Part shown: positions 35,012-43,951 of the stretch, piece by piece
How the letters are laid out: the number at the start of each line of letters is the position of its first letter
Position numbering within the stretch: position 1 is the first letter of the stretch
Assembly (NCBI GenBank): GCA_002293525.1
Contig: DBDJ01000036.1
Coordinates: 33,082 to 97,081, forward strand
Source of the DNA: Lachnospiraceae bacterium UBA935
Lineage (GTDB): Bacteria > Bacillota > Clostridia > Lachnospirales > Lachnospiraceae
Length of the DNA: 64,000 bases
Direction of reading: 5' to 3'
Program-made: the position numbers and the translations under genes
Notes under the pieces: generated by a model
What the model saw: only the letters and a program-made list of their open reading frames with translations
Told to the model about the DNA's origin: nothing
The model's database searches: none

Positions 35012-35551
35012 TTACTTGAATTCACGGTACTTTTTCTGTGTAAAACTTAAAAAATCAAAATCCGCATCCTTGTATTTAAAAAAGATAAGAATTACAAGTA
35101 TCAGTGTGGCAATCGTGACATACATATCGGCAACGTTAAAAATCGGAAATGTCTGCCCGAACATCCGGATAGCCACTACATGAATAAAATCCACCACATA
35201 ATTCAGACGCAGCCGATCCAGCATATTACCGATTGCCCCGCCTCCGATCATAGTCAGCAATACATGAAGGGCGTCATACTTCTTCTTATCAGGCGCCTTA
35301 TAAAGCACAAAAACCACCACACCGAGAAAGATCAGGGCAATAAAGATGAAGAAAAATTTTTGGTTAGGCAGCATCCCAAAAGCAGCACCAGTGTTTTCAA
35401 GATAGTTGAATTCTAGAACATTGTCGATGATCCTGTAGGCTGGCTGGTTCTTCAGTTTCAGAGTCGCAAGATATTTCGAATATTGGTCGGTAATGATCAG
35501 TATAGTTAAGAATAAGGCATCAAATATGAAAAGCTTGGATTTTCTGGGCAT
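35012..35551 (-). CDS. lspA: Signal peptidase II
   Basis: NTGAAFG and FNVAD catalytic Asp motifs, 4 TM segments. Confidence 0.9.
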   Translation of the reverse strand: MPRKSKLFIFDALFLTILIITDQYSKYLATLKLKNQPAYRIIDNVLEFNYLENTGAAFGMLPNQKFFFIFIALIFLGVVVFVLYKAPDKKKYDALHVLLTMIGGGAIGNMLDRLRLNYVVDFIHVVAIRMFGQTFPIFNVADMYVTIATLILVILIFFKYKDADFDFLSFTQKKYREFK

Positions 35552-35588
35552 TTTTACTTCCTTTCGGCTATATCAAATATCAAACACA

Positions 35589-36692
35589 TCAATTATTGTC
35601 CTCTGAATAGTTTATTTCATTCAGGGCATTTAAAATATCTTCATCAGTGACATTGCGGTCAATCACTGCTTTACCGACTTTTTTCAGCAGGATGAATTTA
35701 ATATAATCCCCTTCTTTCTTTTTATCCGACTTGGTCAGGCGCAGGATTTCCTGAGGATCCATATGCGTTATGGAAATAGGCAGATGAAACGGCACGAACA
35801 TATCCCTGATCTCATAATATTCCTCCATCGATAGCCATTCATGCTTCCATGATATAAAAGCCGCCGCCACCGCACCCAAAGCGACGCATTCACCATGATA
35901 TAGCTGGAAGCCGGACGCTTTTTCTATGGCATGGCCGATTGTATGTCCGAAATTCAAGAGCGCCCGCTCGCCTTTTTCCAGCGGATCCTTTTCCACGATC
36001 AGCTTCTTTATTGTACAGCTACGCATAATCATTTCTTCCAAGATATCCGTATCTTTTTCGCATATTTCATACATTTTATCCAGCAGCCATTCATAAAAGC
36101 GCCCGTCTTTGATCAGAGCATGTTTCATGATCTCAGCGAAACCGCTGAAATATTGCCGGTCTGGAAGCGTTTGTAAAGTTGAAACATTGATATATACCAG
36201 TTTGGGCATATAGAAGGCGCCCACCATATTCTTATAACCGTCAAAATCGACCCCGGTTTTTCCGCCGATGCTGGAATCAGACTGGGATAATAACGTCGTC
36301 GGAATCTGAATAAAATCTATCCCCCGAAGATAAGTTGCCGCAACATAGCCGGTCAGGTCCCCGACCACACCTCCGCCCAGCGCGATCAACATATCATTCC
36401 GGTCAAAATTTGACCTTATCAAAAAATCATATAGGCTCTCGACTGTCTTTAAGGTCTTCTGCTCCTCTCCCGCTGAGAACATAAAACGGACCGATCCGGC
36501 ACACTGATCTTTCAATATCACATCCATTTCATCTCCGTAAAGCGGCGCCACATTGGAATCAGTTACAATGCATATTTTTTTTCCAGCTGTCGCTAAGGCT
36601 GACAATTCTTCTGCCAGTTCGTCAAAAGTATGGGAAATCAATATATCATAGCAAGGTTTTGATTCATAACTGATATTCAGACGCTCTGACAT
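35589..36692 (-). CDS. aroB: 3-dehydroquinate synthase
   Basis: GGGVVGDLTG, GGKTG and HTIGHAIE motifs. Confidence 0.9.
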   Translation of the reverse strand: MSERLNISYESKPCYDILISHTFDELAEELSALATAGKKICIVTDSNVAPLYGDEMDVILKDQCAGSVRFMFSAGEEQKTLKTVESLYDFLIRSNFDRNDMLIALGGGVVGDLTGYVAATYLRGIDFIQIPTTLLSQSDSSIGGKTGVDFDGYKNMVGAFYMPKLVYINVSTLQTLPDRQYFSGFAEIMKHALIKDGRFYEWLLDKMYEICEKDTDILEEMIMRSCTIKKLIVEKDPLEKGERALLNFGHTIGHAIEKASGFQLYHGECVALGAVAAAFISWKHEWLSMEEYYEIRDMFVPFHLPISITHMDPQEILRLTKSDKKKEGDYIKFILLKKVGKAVIDRNVTDEDILNALNEINYSEDNN

Positions 36693-36787
36693 AACGGTTC
36701 TCCTGTCGTAATGAAGGTGCCCCGCTGGCCGGTTCGGCTTGGGAACACCCTCAAAATTTTGTATGATCTTTCACTAATCCTTTTGAC

Positions 36788-36840
36788 CTAGTTCTTTTAT
36801 CCAGTTCTTTTATCCAGTTCTTTTATTCCAGTTCTTTTTA
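36788..36840. repeat. 13-bp tandem repeat CCAGTTCTTTTAT, 4 units
   Basis: Head-to-tail units between sepF and aroB. Confidence 0.85.
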
Positions 36841-36876
36841 CTTCACCTTTTCTATTCCAGTGAATATACTCTTCAT

Positions 36877-37368
36877 TCAGATCCCGCCATTAATCGGCAC
36901 ATCGAAAGAACCCGATAGAATCTCTTGAAAATCTCCCGATATGTCAACACTTGGAGGAGTAATAATAAATATGTAATGTGAAATCTTCTGTAAATTACCA
37001 CTGATAGCAAAAGTTGAACCGGAAGTAAAATCAATAATCCTCTGGGCAATGTCCACGTCAATCCCTTCAAGATTCAGTACGACTGTACGGTTAGCCAGCA
37101 AAGTTTCGGTAATCTCCCGGGCATCTTCCACAGAAGTCGGCTTAATCACGCATACTTCCATGCCTGTTCCCATCTTTTTCACTTGACGCGGTATCGGTGT
37201 TACTTTGGGGATCGTTTTTTTACGTTCCTCCGTACTGTCTGCTGCATCTTTAGTAGCCAGCTTTCTGGGTGCCTCAGCTTCTTCTTCATCATCTTCGTAG
37301 TCATCATAAAAGTTATCTTCATCTTCATTCAGCTTCATGTAATTAAGAAACTTGTCCATTACGCCCAT
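36877..37368 (-). CDS. sepF: Cell division protein SepF
   Basis: Acidic N-terminal half and a conserved C-terminal domain (VVLNLEGIDVDIAQRIIDFTSG). An alternative ATG at 37359 overlaps the yggS stop (TAATG). Confidence 0.85.
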   Translation of the reverse strand: MGVMDKFLNYMKLNEDEDNFYDDYEDDEEEAEAPRKLATKDAADSTEERKKTIPKVTPIPRQVKKMGTGMEVCVIKPTSVEDAREITETLLANRTVVLNLEGIDVDIAQRIIDFTSGSTFAISGNLQKISHYIFIITPPSVDISGDFQEILSGSFDVPINGGI

Positions 37369-38081
37369 GTCTGTACTCCTTCAGATTTGAAAATACCGGT
37401 TCCGACTCTTATCATATCGGCACCTTCCTCTATGGCCACGTGATAATCTCCAGTCATGCCCATAGACAAAATATCCATACTAGTATTATCAATGTTTTTA
37501 CTTGCGATGTCAACAGATAATTGCTTCAATTTTACAAAGTGACTGCGATTATCCTCCGCATTTTCCGTTAACGGCGCAATCGTCATCAAGCCCTTCACAC
37601 GTATCCCCGGAAGCTTTGCTGCCGCAGCCACCAACTGCAACGCATCTTCTGCCGTCGTCCCATATTTCGAGATTTCCCCAGCTACATTCACCTCAATCAG
37701 GACATTGACTGTAATCCCGCGCTTTTCTGCTTCCCTGCTGATTTCTTCCGCCAGCCGCAAAGAGTCAACGCTATGGATCAAATATACCCGTTCAACAATA
37801 TATCTGACCTTATTACGTTGCAAATGTCCGATCAAATGCCATTTAATATCTTTCGGAAGCAAATCCATCTTTCCGATCAACTCCTGCACCCGGTTCTCAC
37901 CAAAGTGTCGAATCCCTTCATCATATGCCTCCATAATCTTCTCAGGCGGATTATTCTTACTCACCGCAACCAAAACAACCTCATCCCGTTTCCGCCCAAC
38001 CCTTTTGCACGCTTCACATATCCCCTTCTCTATCCCATCCAAGTTGTCCCGAACCATAACCGACATTCCTCTCTCTCTCAT
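37359..38081 (-). CDS. yggS: YggS-family pyridoxal phosphate homeostasis protein
   Basis: LVAVSKN (PLP lysine), HLIGHLQRNK and MGMTGDY motifs. Confidence 0.9.
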   Translation of the reverse strand: MRERGMSVMVRDNLDGIEKGICEACKRVGRKRDEVVLVAVSKNNPPEKIMEAYDEGIRHFGENRVQELIGKMDLLPKDIKWHLIGHLQRNKVRYIVERVYLIHSVDSLRLAEEISREAEKRGITVNVLIEVNVAGEISKYGTTAEDALQLVAAAAKLPGIRVKGLMTIAPLTENAEDNRSHFVKLKQLSVDIASKNIDNTSMDILSMGMTGDYHVAIEEGADMIRVGTGIFKSEGVQTWA

Positions 38082-38177
38082 ACGCCCATTGCAAACTTCC
38101 AGCCAGCACTCCCCACTCTATTCCAACAAATCAGTAAACCATTCAAGAAGAACGCCACACCTTCTTCCAACGATTAC

Positions 38178-38198
38178 GAAGAACGCCCTGCGTTCTTC
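38178..38198 (-). repeat. Palindromic unit GAAGAACGC-AGG-GCGTTCTTC (same family as 16157-16179)
   Basis: The - strand reads TGGAAGAACGCAGGGCGTTCTTC, followed by a degenerate second unit and a TTGAATGGTTTAC tail similar to CTGAATGATTCAC at 16179. Confidence 0.75.
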
Positions 38199-38210
38199 CA
38201 AACATGATTA

Positions 38211-38249
38211 GAATATCTTTGGCGGCGTTCTATGCCGCCTTAGATATTC
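38211..38249 (-). terminator. Long hairpin 9 nt after the stop of the 462-aa gene
   Basis: GAATATCT-TT-GGCGGC..GCCGCC-TT-AGATATTC, with no clear U-tract. Confidence 0.35.
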
Positions 38250-38257
38250 TTCATGTT

Positions 38258-39646
38258 TTATTCATAAATCAACTCATTCTCATTAACAGTACTAGCATCC
38301 AGAACAATATAATCGTACACGCTAAGTCCGTACTGGGTATTGGAACGGACAATGGCATATTCGTCATTCTGATACAGAATATTGATCTGTTTAAAGTCAG
38401 CATATCCTTTATTTACATTATAGACACCGATAAGACTGCCGCGTTTACTGACCGTATACTTTTCAGTGGAATCCGGCTTAATCAGATAATCCCCGATCCG
38501 CAGCATCATGTCGTCCAGATAATATTCACTCTCGGTTTCATGATAAATGGCTGTTTCAACAAACTCTGTTGTCGGTTCCCCGGCTTCGGTAAATGATTCT
38601 CTCAGAACACCCTGAACGCCGTTCTGCCCCCCCTTTGTTATGTACTCTCTGGGCACAATGAAAAACTCTTTTTCTACAATCGACGAATTGGGGATTTTTA
38701 AGCCGGTTTCTTCTTCGGTAATCAGTTCGATATCAATGAAGCGATCCATACAAAAGGTAATCATCGAATTGGTAAGCTCTAATTCTACAAAGGTATCGCC
38801 GGCTTCGTTGGTAAAAGGAGTCACTTTTCCCCAGGACAGATATTGATTTTTCAGGAATTTTACCTTTACGTACTCGGCCTCAGTTAACTCGTCGGCTTTT
38901 TCCTTATCGGTCGGAATCACGATAGACCAGACCTCATTCGTAGACAGTTTGTAGACCGGATCGCCTGGCCCCACCAGGTTATTGCTGATTAGCTGTGTCT
39001 TTCCATACTCTTTTTCATCAAAAATCTCCAGGGTCATCTGATCTAAAGTAAGGTCTTCATAGCCGTCCACAGAATAAACGACAATCCCCGATATCGGAGA
39101 ACTGCCAAAATAAATCTGATTGGCATCGGATCCGTTGATTTCATTGATCCCTTGCAAAATATTTTGATTGGCAAGCTTTAACACGGTTCCTTGTACGTTA
39201 TATTTAAAATCGTAGACAGTGGAAAAATTACTTTCTTCAAAATCATTCACAAAGCCCAGTATTTCTGTCTTTAATTCTGCCAGATCCGCCGAGGTGAGGG
39301 TATTCTCACCCGGTTCCTGATTGCTCAGGTATTCACTCAATTCTCCCAGCTGGTCAACGGCATATACCGGATTGCCAACTCCAGTACGTACCCCTTCGCG
39401 GGCAAGATAGCTGATATAACCCGCTTGATCCGCTTCAATGATGGTCTCGTCACGCAATGCCACGCCGCGGTAGATGTTATTGGATGACAAGGAACCCGCT
39501 TTCACCTCATAGGGAACAATATGTTTTTGGGTGAAAAACATAAAGATACAAATAATAATATACACGAAAATAATCGCAAAGATAATCATGCCGATATTGA
39601 GATTGATCGGTTTCCGATATTTGGTTATTTTCTGCCTCTCTGCCAA
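38258..39646 (-). CDS. Membrane-anchored HlyD-like (membrane-fusion-type) protein, function unknown
   Basis: 462 aa, TTG start with GGGAGG RBS, N-terminal TM, then lipoyl-like hairpin segments (AGYISYLAREGVRTGVGNPVY, ISGIVVYSVDG). The family call is from memory only. Confidence 0.5.
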   Translation of the reverse strand: MAERQKITKYRKPINLNIGMIIFAIIFVYIIICIFMFFTQKHIVPYEVKAGSLSSNNIYRGVALRDETIIEADQAGYISYLAREGVRTGVGNPVYAVDQLGELSEYLSNQEPGENTLTSADLAELKTEILGFVNDFEESNFSTVYDFKYNVQGTVLKLANQNILQGINEINGSDANQIYFGSSPISGIVVYSVDGYEDLTLDQMTLEIFDEKEYGKTQLISNNLVGPGDPVYKLSTNEVWSIVIPTDKEKADELTEAEYVKVKFLKNQYLSWGKVTPFTNEAGDTFVELELTNSMITFCMDRFIDIELITEEETGLKIPNSSIVEKEFFIVPREYITKGGQNGVQGVLRESFTEAGEPTTEFVETAIYHETESEYYLDDMMLRIGDYLIKPDSTEKYTVSKRGSLIGVYNVNKGYADFKQINILYQNDEYAIVRSNTQYGLSVYDYIVLDASTVNENELIYE

Positions 39647-39725
39647 GAACTCGCCTCCCTTGACTTATCGGTCTGCTATTCTAAAGACCCCGGAAAAATC
39701 CGGGGTCAGTGAATTTCATTACCCT

Positions 39726-40145
39726 TTATAAAGATACAATTACTTTTGACTTTAAGGAATCGGACACTTCTCCGACATCCAAAGATGCGCTTAAGACAAA
39801 TTTTATATTAAACTTAGTGCTGATTTTCTCTAACTCATCGATAATTTCATCGATATGGCCGTCTTCTTTACAGGCAATTGTCAGGAAACTGTCGAAATAC
39901 ATCTGCTCTAAATCATGATCCTGAGAAATGATACCGCTTACAAAGCCTAGAAATCCATTGCTGTCCGGTATCATATGCTCTGACACGTTGATAAGCCTTA
40001 TTTTATTATTCAGCTCATACATATGCTTAGCATTTTTATCCAGATAAACTATGTTTCCGGATGCTTTCTGAATCTCGGCATTTACTATTTCCAGCAGATA
40101 TTTCGTTTTCCCTTTTCCTTTTTTACCTAAAATTAACTGCACCAT
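39726..40145 (-). CDS. Minimal P-loop NTPase, function unknown
   Basis: 139 aa with Walker A GKKGKGKT, Walker-B-like NIVYLD and a GGAGGG RBS. Confidence 0.5.
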   Translation of the reverse strand: MVQLILGKKGKGKTKYLLEIVNAEIQKASGNIVYLDKNAKHMYELNNKIRLINVSEHMIPDSNGFLGFVSGIISQDHDLEQMYFDSFLTIACKEDGHIDEIIDELEKISTKFNIKFVLSASLDVGEVSDSLKSKVIVSL

Positions 40146-40309
40146 TGGCAGACCCTCCTATAGCGAATGAAATTTGCTCAAGCTAATATACTATTATTAT
40201 AAGTGAATGCAATGTAAATAACAACCTATAATCAATTTAACCTTATTCACGTTACTGTTCAGACCCTAGACGAAGTGTATCAAACTGCTGCTCCACAGTA
40301 ACAACGTTC

Positions 40310-40323
40310 TGCAAACGTTTGCA
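40310..40323. promoter_or_regulatory. Perfect 14-bp palindrome matching the cre / LacI-family operator pattern
   Basis: TGCAAACGTTTGCA fits WTGNAANCGNWNNCW. About 165 nt upstream of the P-loop gene. Confidence 0.4.
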
Positions 40324-40387
40324 CAAGTTGTAAAGAACTGAACAGCGTAAAACACCTCGCAGTGGTCCGAACTGTAACTTATTCAGC

Positions 40388-41011
40388 TCATAAAAATGGC
40401 ATGACAGCGGCATTGATAACCCAGGTGACAAGCGATATTACCATACCTACGATGGCGCAGATCCTACCGGTAACCGCAAGGCTTCTTCCGGAGGAATTCA
40501 TTCCTGCCCTGGCCATTGACAGAGCTACAGCGGAAACGATAATACCGATGAGAGGCATGATCAACGAACCGACTATCGATGCAATCCCGACCGCCAGTGC
40601 GGCAACGGCTTGTCCTTTATTATCCACCGTCTGTACCGGAACCGGCTGGCCGGAAGCACTTGCGGCTGCCGCATCCATTTTGCTCATATCGGGAACGCTT
40701 TGCTGTAAGGTTACTATTAATGCTTCCAGATTATTCCGATACATTTTCTTAGGTAAAGCACCAAAAAAACCGGTCAGGCCCATCTCGCCGCCAAAGGGCC
40801 CTTTCATCCATGCTTCCAGATGAAATATTCCGTTCATGTACGACCATTTCAGGTACTTGTACCCTTCAATCATTGCGTCGCCGCACCTAAGGCACTCTTC
40901 CCTTTTCCATTCCGAAGGCGCGTAACCGCCTTTCTGCAGGAAGTCTCCCATCATAAAATTGACAAATTCAGCGGGCTGGTTCAGGTTAACATCCTTTACA
41001 AATCTGGCCAT
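40388..41011 (-). CDS. Hypothetical membrane protein (soluble N-domain, Ala/Pro linker, 2 TM)
   Basis: AAAGGAG RBS 8 nt upstream of the ATG at 41011. C-terminal hydrophobic helices. I recognise no family. Confidence 0.45.
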   Translation of the reverse strand: MARFVKDVNLNQPAEFVNFMMGDFLQKGGYAPSEWKREECLRCGDAMIEGYKYLKWSYMNGIFHLEAWMKGPFGGEMGLTGFFGALPKKMYRNNLEALIVTLQQSVPDMSKMDAAAASASGQPVPVQTVDNKGQAVAALAVGIASIVGSLIMPLIGIIVSAVALSMARAGMNSSGRSLAVTGRICAIVGMVISLVTWVINAAVMPFL

Positions 41012-41053
41012 AATCAATACTCCTTTTCATGTTGTTTATTTAAATTAATTGCT

Positions 41054-42049
41054 CTAATTAATTTCACTTTCAAGCATCCCTGTCATCTGGTCATACAGGG
41101 CATCACGACTGTCGGAGCGCATTATAATTGAGATATAAAGTTTTTCCGTTGTGTCTTTGCAGACAATGGCCAAACAATGGCCGGCGGCATTGGTCGTGCC
41201 GGTTTTACCGCCCAGCACGGTCACTTGTTCCGGAGCCGGCTTCACGCCTTGCAGATATAAATTAGTGGTATTGACGGGAATCTCCCGTAAATCGCCGGCG
41301 GCAGTGGTAATCGTGGTAGTATACTGGGGCATCTGGATAATCTGATTAAACGCTTCGTATTTGATCGCCTCGTTCAAGATCAGATAGAGGTCATAAACCG
41401 TGGTATAATGACTGTCGTCCGTCAGGCCGTGGGGATTGACAAAATTGCTGTTCGTGGCTCCCAGTCTTTTTGCCTCCTCATTCATCATGGCCAGAAAGCC
41501 GTCCAACGAACCGCCCACACCTTCGGCAACGATGATGGCGGCATCATTGGCAGAATTGATCATCATCAGATGCAGAGCCTGCGAAAGCGTCAGCTGGTCG
41601 CCCGGCCTTAAACCGCATACCTGAGCGCCTGATTCCGTGATCGTTACATTCTCGCTTGCAGTTATGACAGAATCCATGGAACCGTATTTTATCGCCACCA
41701 GAGCTGACAAAATTTTTGTCAGACTGGCCGGTGACAGCTGCTCATGGACATTCTGGGCATACATCGTGTTTTGATCGGACAGGCTGAATAATCCTGCGCT
41801 CAGCACTTCCTTAAGATTTTCCTGCTGATTGTCGGTATTCTCGGTTATGACACAGAGTTCCGCGGCAAACGGCGTCGCGGCCGGAACCTCATCTTCCATG
41901 CTGACGATCCGGTAACTGCTAACGGCACTGTCGGGAACATATGCGAGAGGATAGTCATTACTGCCGCAACCGGTAAGCCCGGCCTGTAAAACAAGAATGA
42001 GCGACAAAAGTTTTATACCCAAAGGTTTTTTCTTATTTATACATCTCAC
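41054..42049 (-). CDS. D-alanyl-D-alanine carboxypeptidase (peptidase S11)
   Basis: Lipobox-like LTGC, SxxK (PASLTK), SxN (NSAND), KTG (GKTGTT). Confidence 0.85.
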   Translation of the reverse strand: MRCINKKKPLGIKLLSLILVLQAGLTGCGSNDYPLAYVPDSAVSSYRIVSMEDEVPAATPFAAELCVITENTDNQQENLKEVLSAGLFSLSDQNTMYAQNVHEQLSPASLTKILSALVAIKYGSMDSVITASENVTITESGAQVCGLRPGDQLTLSQALHLMMINSANDAAIIVAEGVGGSLDGFLAMMNEEAKRLGATNSNFVNPHGLTDDSHYTTVYDLYLILNEAIKYEAFNQIIQMPQYTTTITTAAGDLREIPVNTTNLYLQGVKPAPEQVTVLGGKTGTTNAAGHCLAIVCKDTTEKLYISIIMRSDSRDALYDQMTGMLESEIN

Positions 42050-42428
42050 GCCACTCCATATCTCCTCTATCCAATGATTTTATTAACAGTTCAGCGGTGG
42101 CCAGATTGGTTGCCACGGGAATGTTATGTATGTCACACAGACGTACTACATTATTCATGTCCGGCTCATGAGACGCAAGCGTCAGCGGATCCCGCAGCAT
42201 AATGACCAGATCGATCTGATTATGCTCGATCTGGGCACCGATCTGTTTTTCGCCGCCAAGATGCCCGGCCAGATATTTATGGATCGTCAGATTGGTGACA
42301 TCCTCAATCAGCCTGCCGGTAGTTCCCGTCGCAAACAGATCGTTTTTATTCAGAATCCCCCGATAAGCAATGCAGAAATTCTGCATCAGTATTTTTTTGC
42401 TATCATGGGCAATTAATGCTATATTCAT
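42033..42428 (-). CDS. mgsA: Methylglyoxal synthase
   Basis: IALIAHDSKK, ATGTTG and GGEKQIGA motifs. Its 3' end overlaps the dac start by 17 nt. Confidence 0.9.
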   Translation of the reverse strand: MNIALIAHDSKKILMQNFCIAYRGILNKNDLFATGTTGRLIEDVTNLTIHKYLAGHLGGEKQIGAQIEHNQIDLVIMLRDPLTLASHEPDMNNVVRLCDIHNIPVATNLATAELLIKSLDRGDMEWREMYK

Positions 42429-42493
42429 AGGTAATCCCTCCTACACCCTTTCCTTTTGCCGTACCTTGCGTAACGTAACAGTGACAGTAAGTG

Positions 42494-43600
42494 TTATTTT
42501 CGAATGCGTTGCAGTCCAACGTTTAGAACAAAACCGATCCCGATAAACGAGCTTACCAGCGAGGTCAGGCCATGACTGACAAACGGAAGCGGCAGGCCGG
42601 TATTGGGGAGCAGAAAAGTGGCCACGCCGATATTGACAAACGCCTGTAGGCCGATCATACATCCTACCCCGGCAGCAATTATGGTACCCGCAAGATCTTT
42701 CGCCCTTCTGGCAATCAGCAGGCACTCCGTCGAAATCAGAAATATGAGAATAATCACGCTGCAAGCGCCGATAAACCCGAACTCCTCTCCGATTACAGCA
42801 AAGATAAAGTCGGTTTCCTGTTCAGCAATATAGTTGGCATTTTTAACCGAGCTGATCAGATTGTTTTTATAGCCCTTTCCGTATAACTGTCCCGAACCGA
42901 TCGCCATAACCGAGTTTTCCTGCTGAAACCCTTCCGTCATAGAGTACTCTTCTTGGTTGATGAAAGCCATAATGCGTTTGCGCTGGTAATCATTAATAAG
43001 ATCCTGATCAGGCTGGATCACGATAAGCAAAAATATCACTGCCGCAGGAACCGCTACAGCTAATACACCGGCAATGATCTTCCAGCTTAATCCACCGATA
43101 AACATGATGACACAAAAAATCATGACCACGACTATACTGGTGGATAAATCCGGCTGTAAATATACTAAGGTCACCGGTATGGCAAACAGGAAACAGCATA
43201 ATAAAATCCGGCTGAACGTATTAAGCTTCTCTTTATGTTTCATAATAAACTGTGCAAAGAATAAAATCAATATTATTTTTGCGATTTCTGAAGGCTGAAA
43301 CTGAATGCCGAACAAAATTAGCCAACGCTGCGCCACGCCCCGGCCTTCTCCCATGGCAATTACCATAGAAAGCAAGACCAAATTGGCAATATACATGACC
43401 CAATATAGGTTAAGCAGGACGGAGTAATCAAAAAGGGAGATCACCATCATCAGAAACAAGCCGGTGAGAAAGCCGGAAATCTGCCTTCCCTGCAGGGATT
43501 CTTCCGCGCTTCCTATGGCTAAAATTCCGATGATGGTCAATGCCGTCACAAATATCACTAACTTAAAATCAAAATCCCTGATCCGGTAATGCTTGAGCAT
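42494..43600 (-). CDS. rodA: Peptidoglycan glycosyltransferase RodA (SEDS family)
   Basis: FQPSEIAKI, TDFIFAVIGEEFGF and LPFVSHGLTS motifs. Confidence 0.9.
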   Translation of the reverse strand: MLKHYRIRDFDFKLVIFVTALTIIGILAIGSAEESLQGRQISGFLTGLFLMMVISLFDYSVLLNLYWVMYIANLVLLSMVIAMGEGRGVAQRWLILFGIQFQPSEIAKIILILFFAQFIMKHKEKLNTFSRILLCCFLFAIPVTLVYLQPDLSTSIVVVMIFCVIMFIGGLSWKIIAGVLAVAVPAAVIFLLIVIQPDQDLINDYQRKRIMAFINQEEYSMTEGFQQENSVMAIGSGQLYGKGYKNNLISSVKNANYIAEQETDFIFAVIGEEFGFIGACSVIILIFLISTECLLIARRAKDLAGTIIAAGVGCMIGLQAFVNIGVATFLLPNTGLPLPFVSHGLTSLVSSFIGIGFVLNVGLQRIRK

Positions 43601-43675
43601 GCAGTTCCCTTTCTCAATTGGTATTTATATACAAGTAAAATACAGCTGTATTCCGCGAGGTGATTTACATGATAT

Positions 43676-43951
43676 TTACAAATTTTTATTGAGGTCGATA
43701 ATGGGAATATTGGCATAAAGGGAAGGGTTTTTCATATTGCGCCCTTTATTATTCCCGGTCTGGTTGATCTGTATTTCCATGCTTTTGCTGTCAATCTTCA
43801 TGTATTTGGACAGCACCTTGACGATGTCCATTTTAATCATTTCTATCATTTCCTGGGAACAGTTGACCCGGTCGGATATCAGCAGGATTTTCAGCCTGTC
43901 TTTAGCAATCTCATTGGATTTCTTTCGTCTGAACAGATTTTTCACTTTCAT
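43676..43951 (-). CDS. minE: Cell division topological specificity factor MinE
   Basis: 91 aa with SNEIAKDRLKILLISDR. ATGA-type overlap with minD. Confidence 0.85.
   Translation of the reverse strand: MKVKNLFRRKKSNEIAKDRLKILLISDRVNCSQEMIEMIKMDIVKVLSKYMKIDSKSMEIQINQTGNNKGRNMKNPSLYANIPIIDLNKNL

Noticed and set aside
37705-38211. Two overlapping + strand ORFs (168 and 144 aa) opposite yggS.
   Set aside because: They are low-complexity Ser/Pro/Leu-rich antisense translations, while the - strand YggS motifs are unambiguous.
40362-40823. 153-aa + strand ORF opposite the 207-aa membrane protein.
   Set aside because: The - strand frame has a good RBS (AAAGGAG, 8 nt) and coherent TM helices. The + frame is Ala/Thr/Pro-rich antisense sequence with no RBS.
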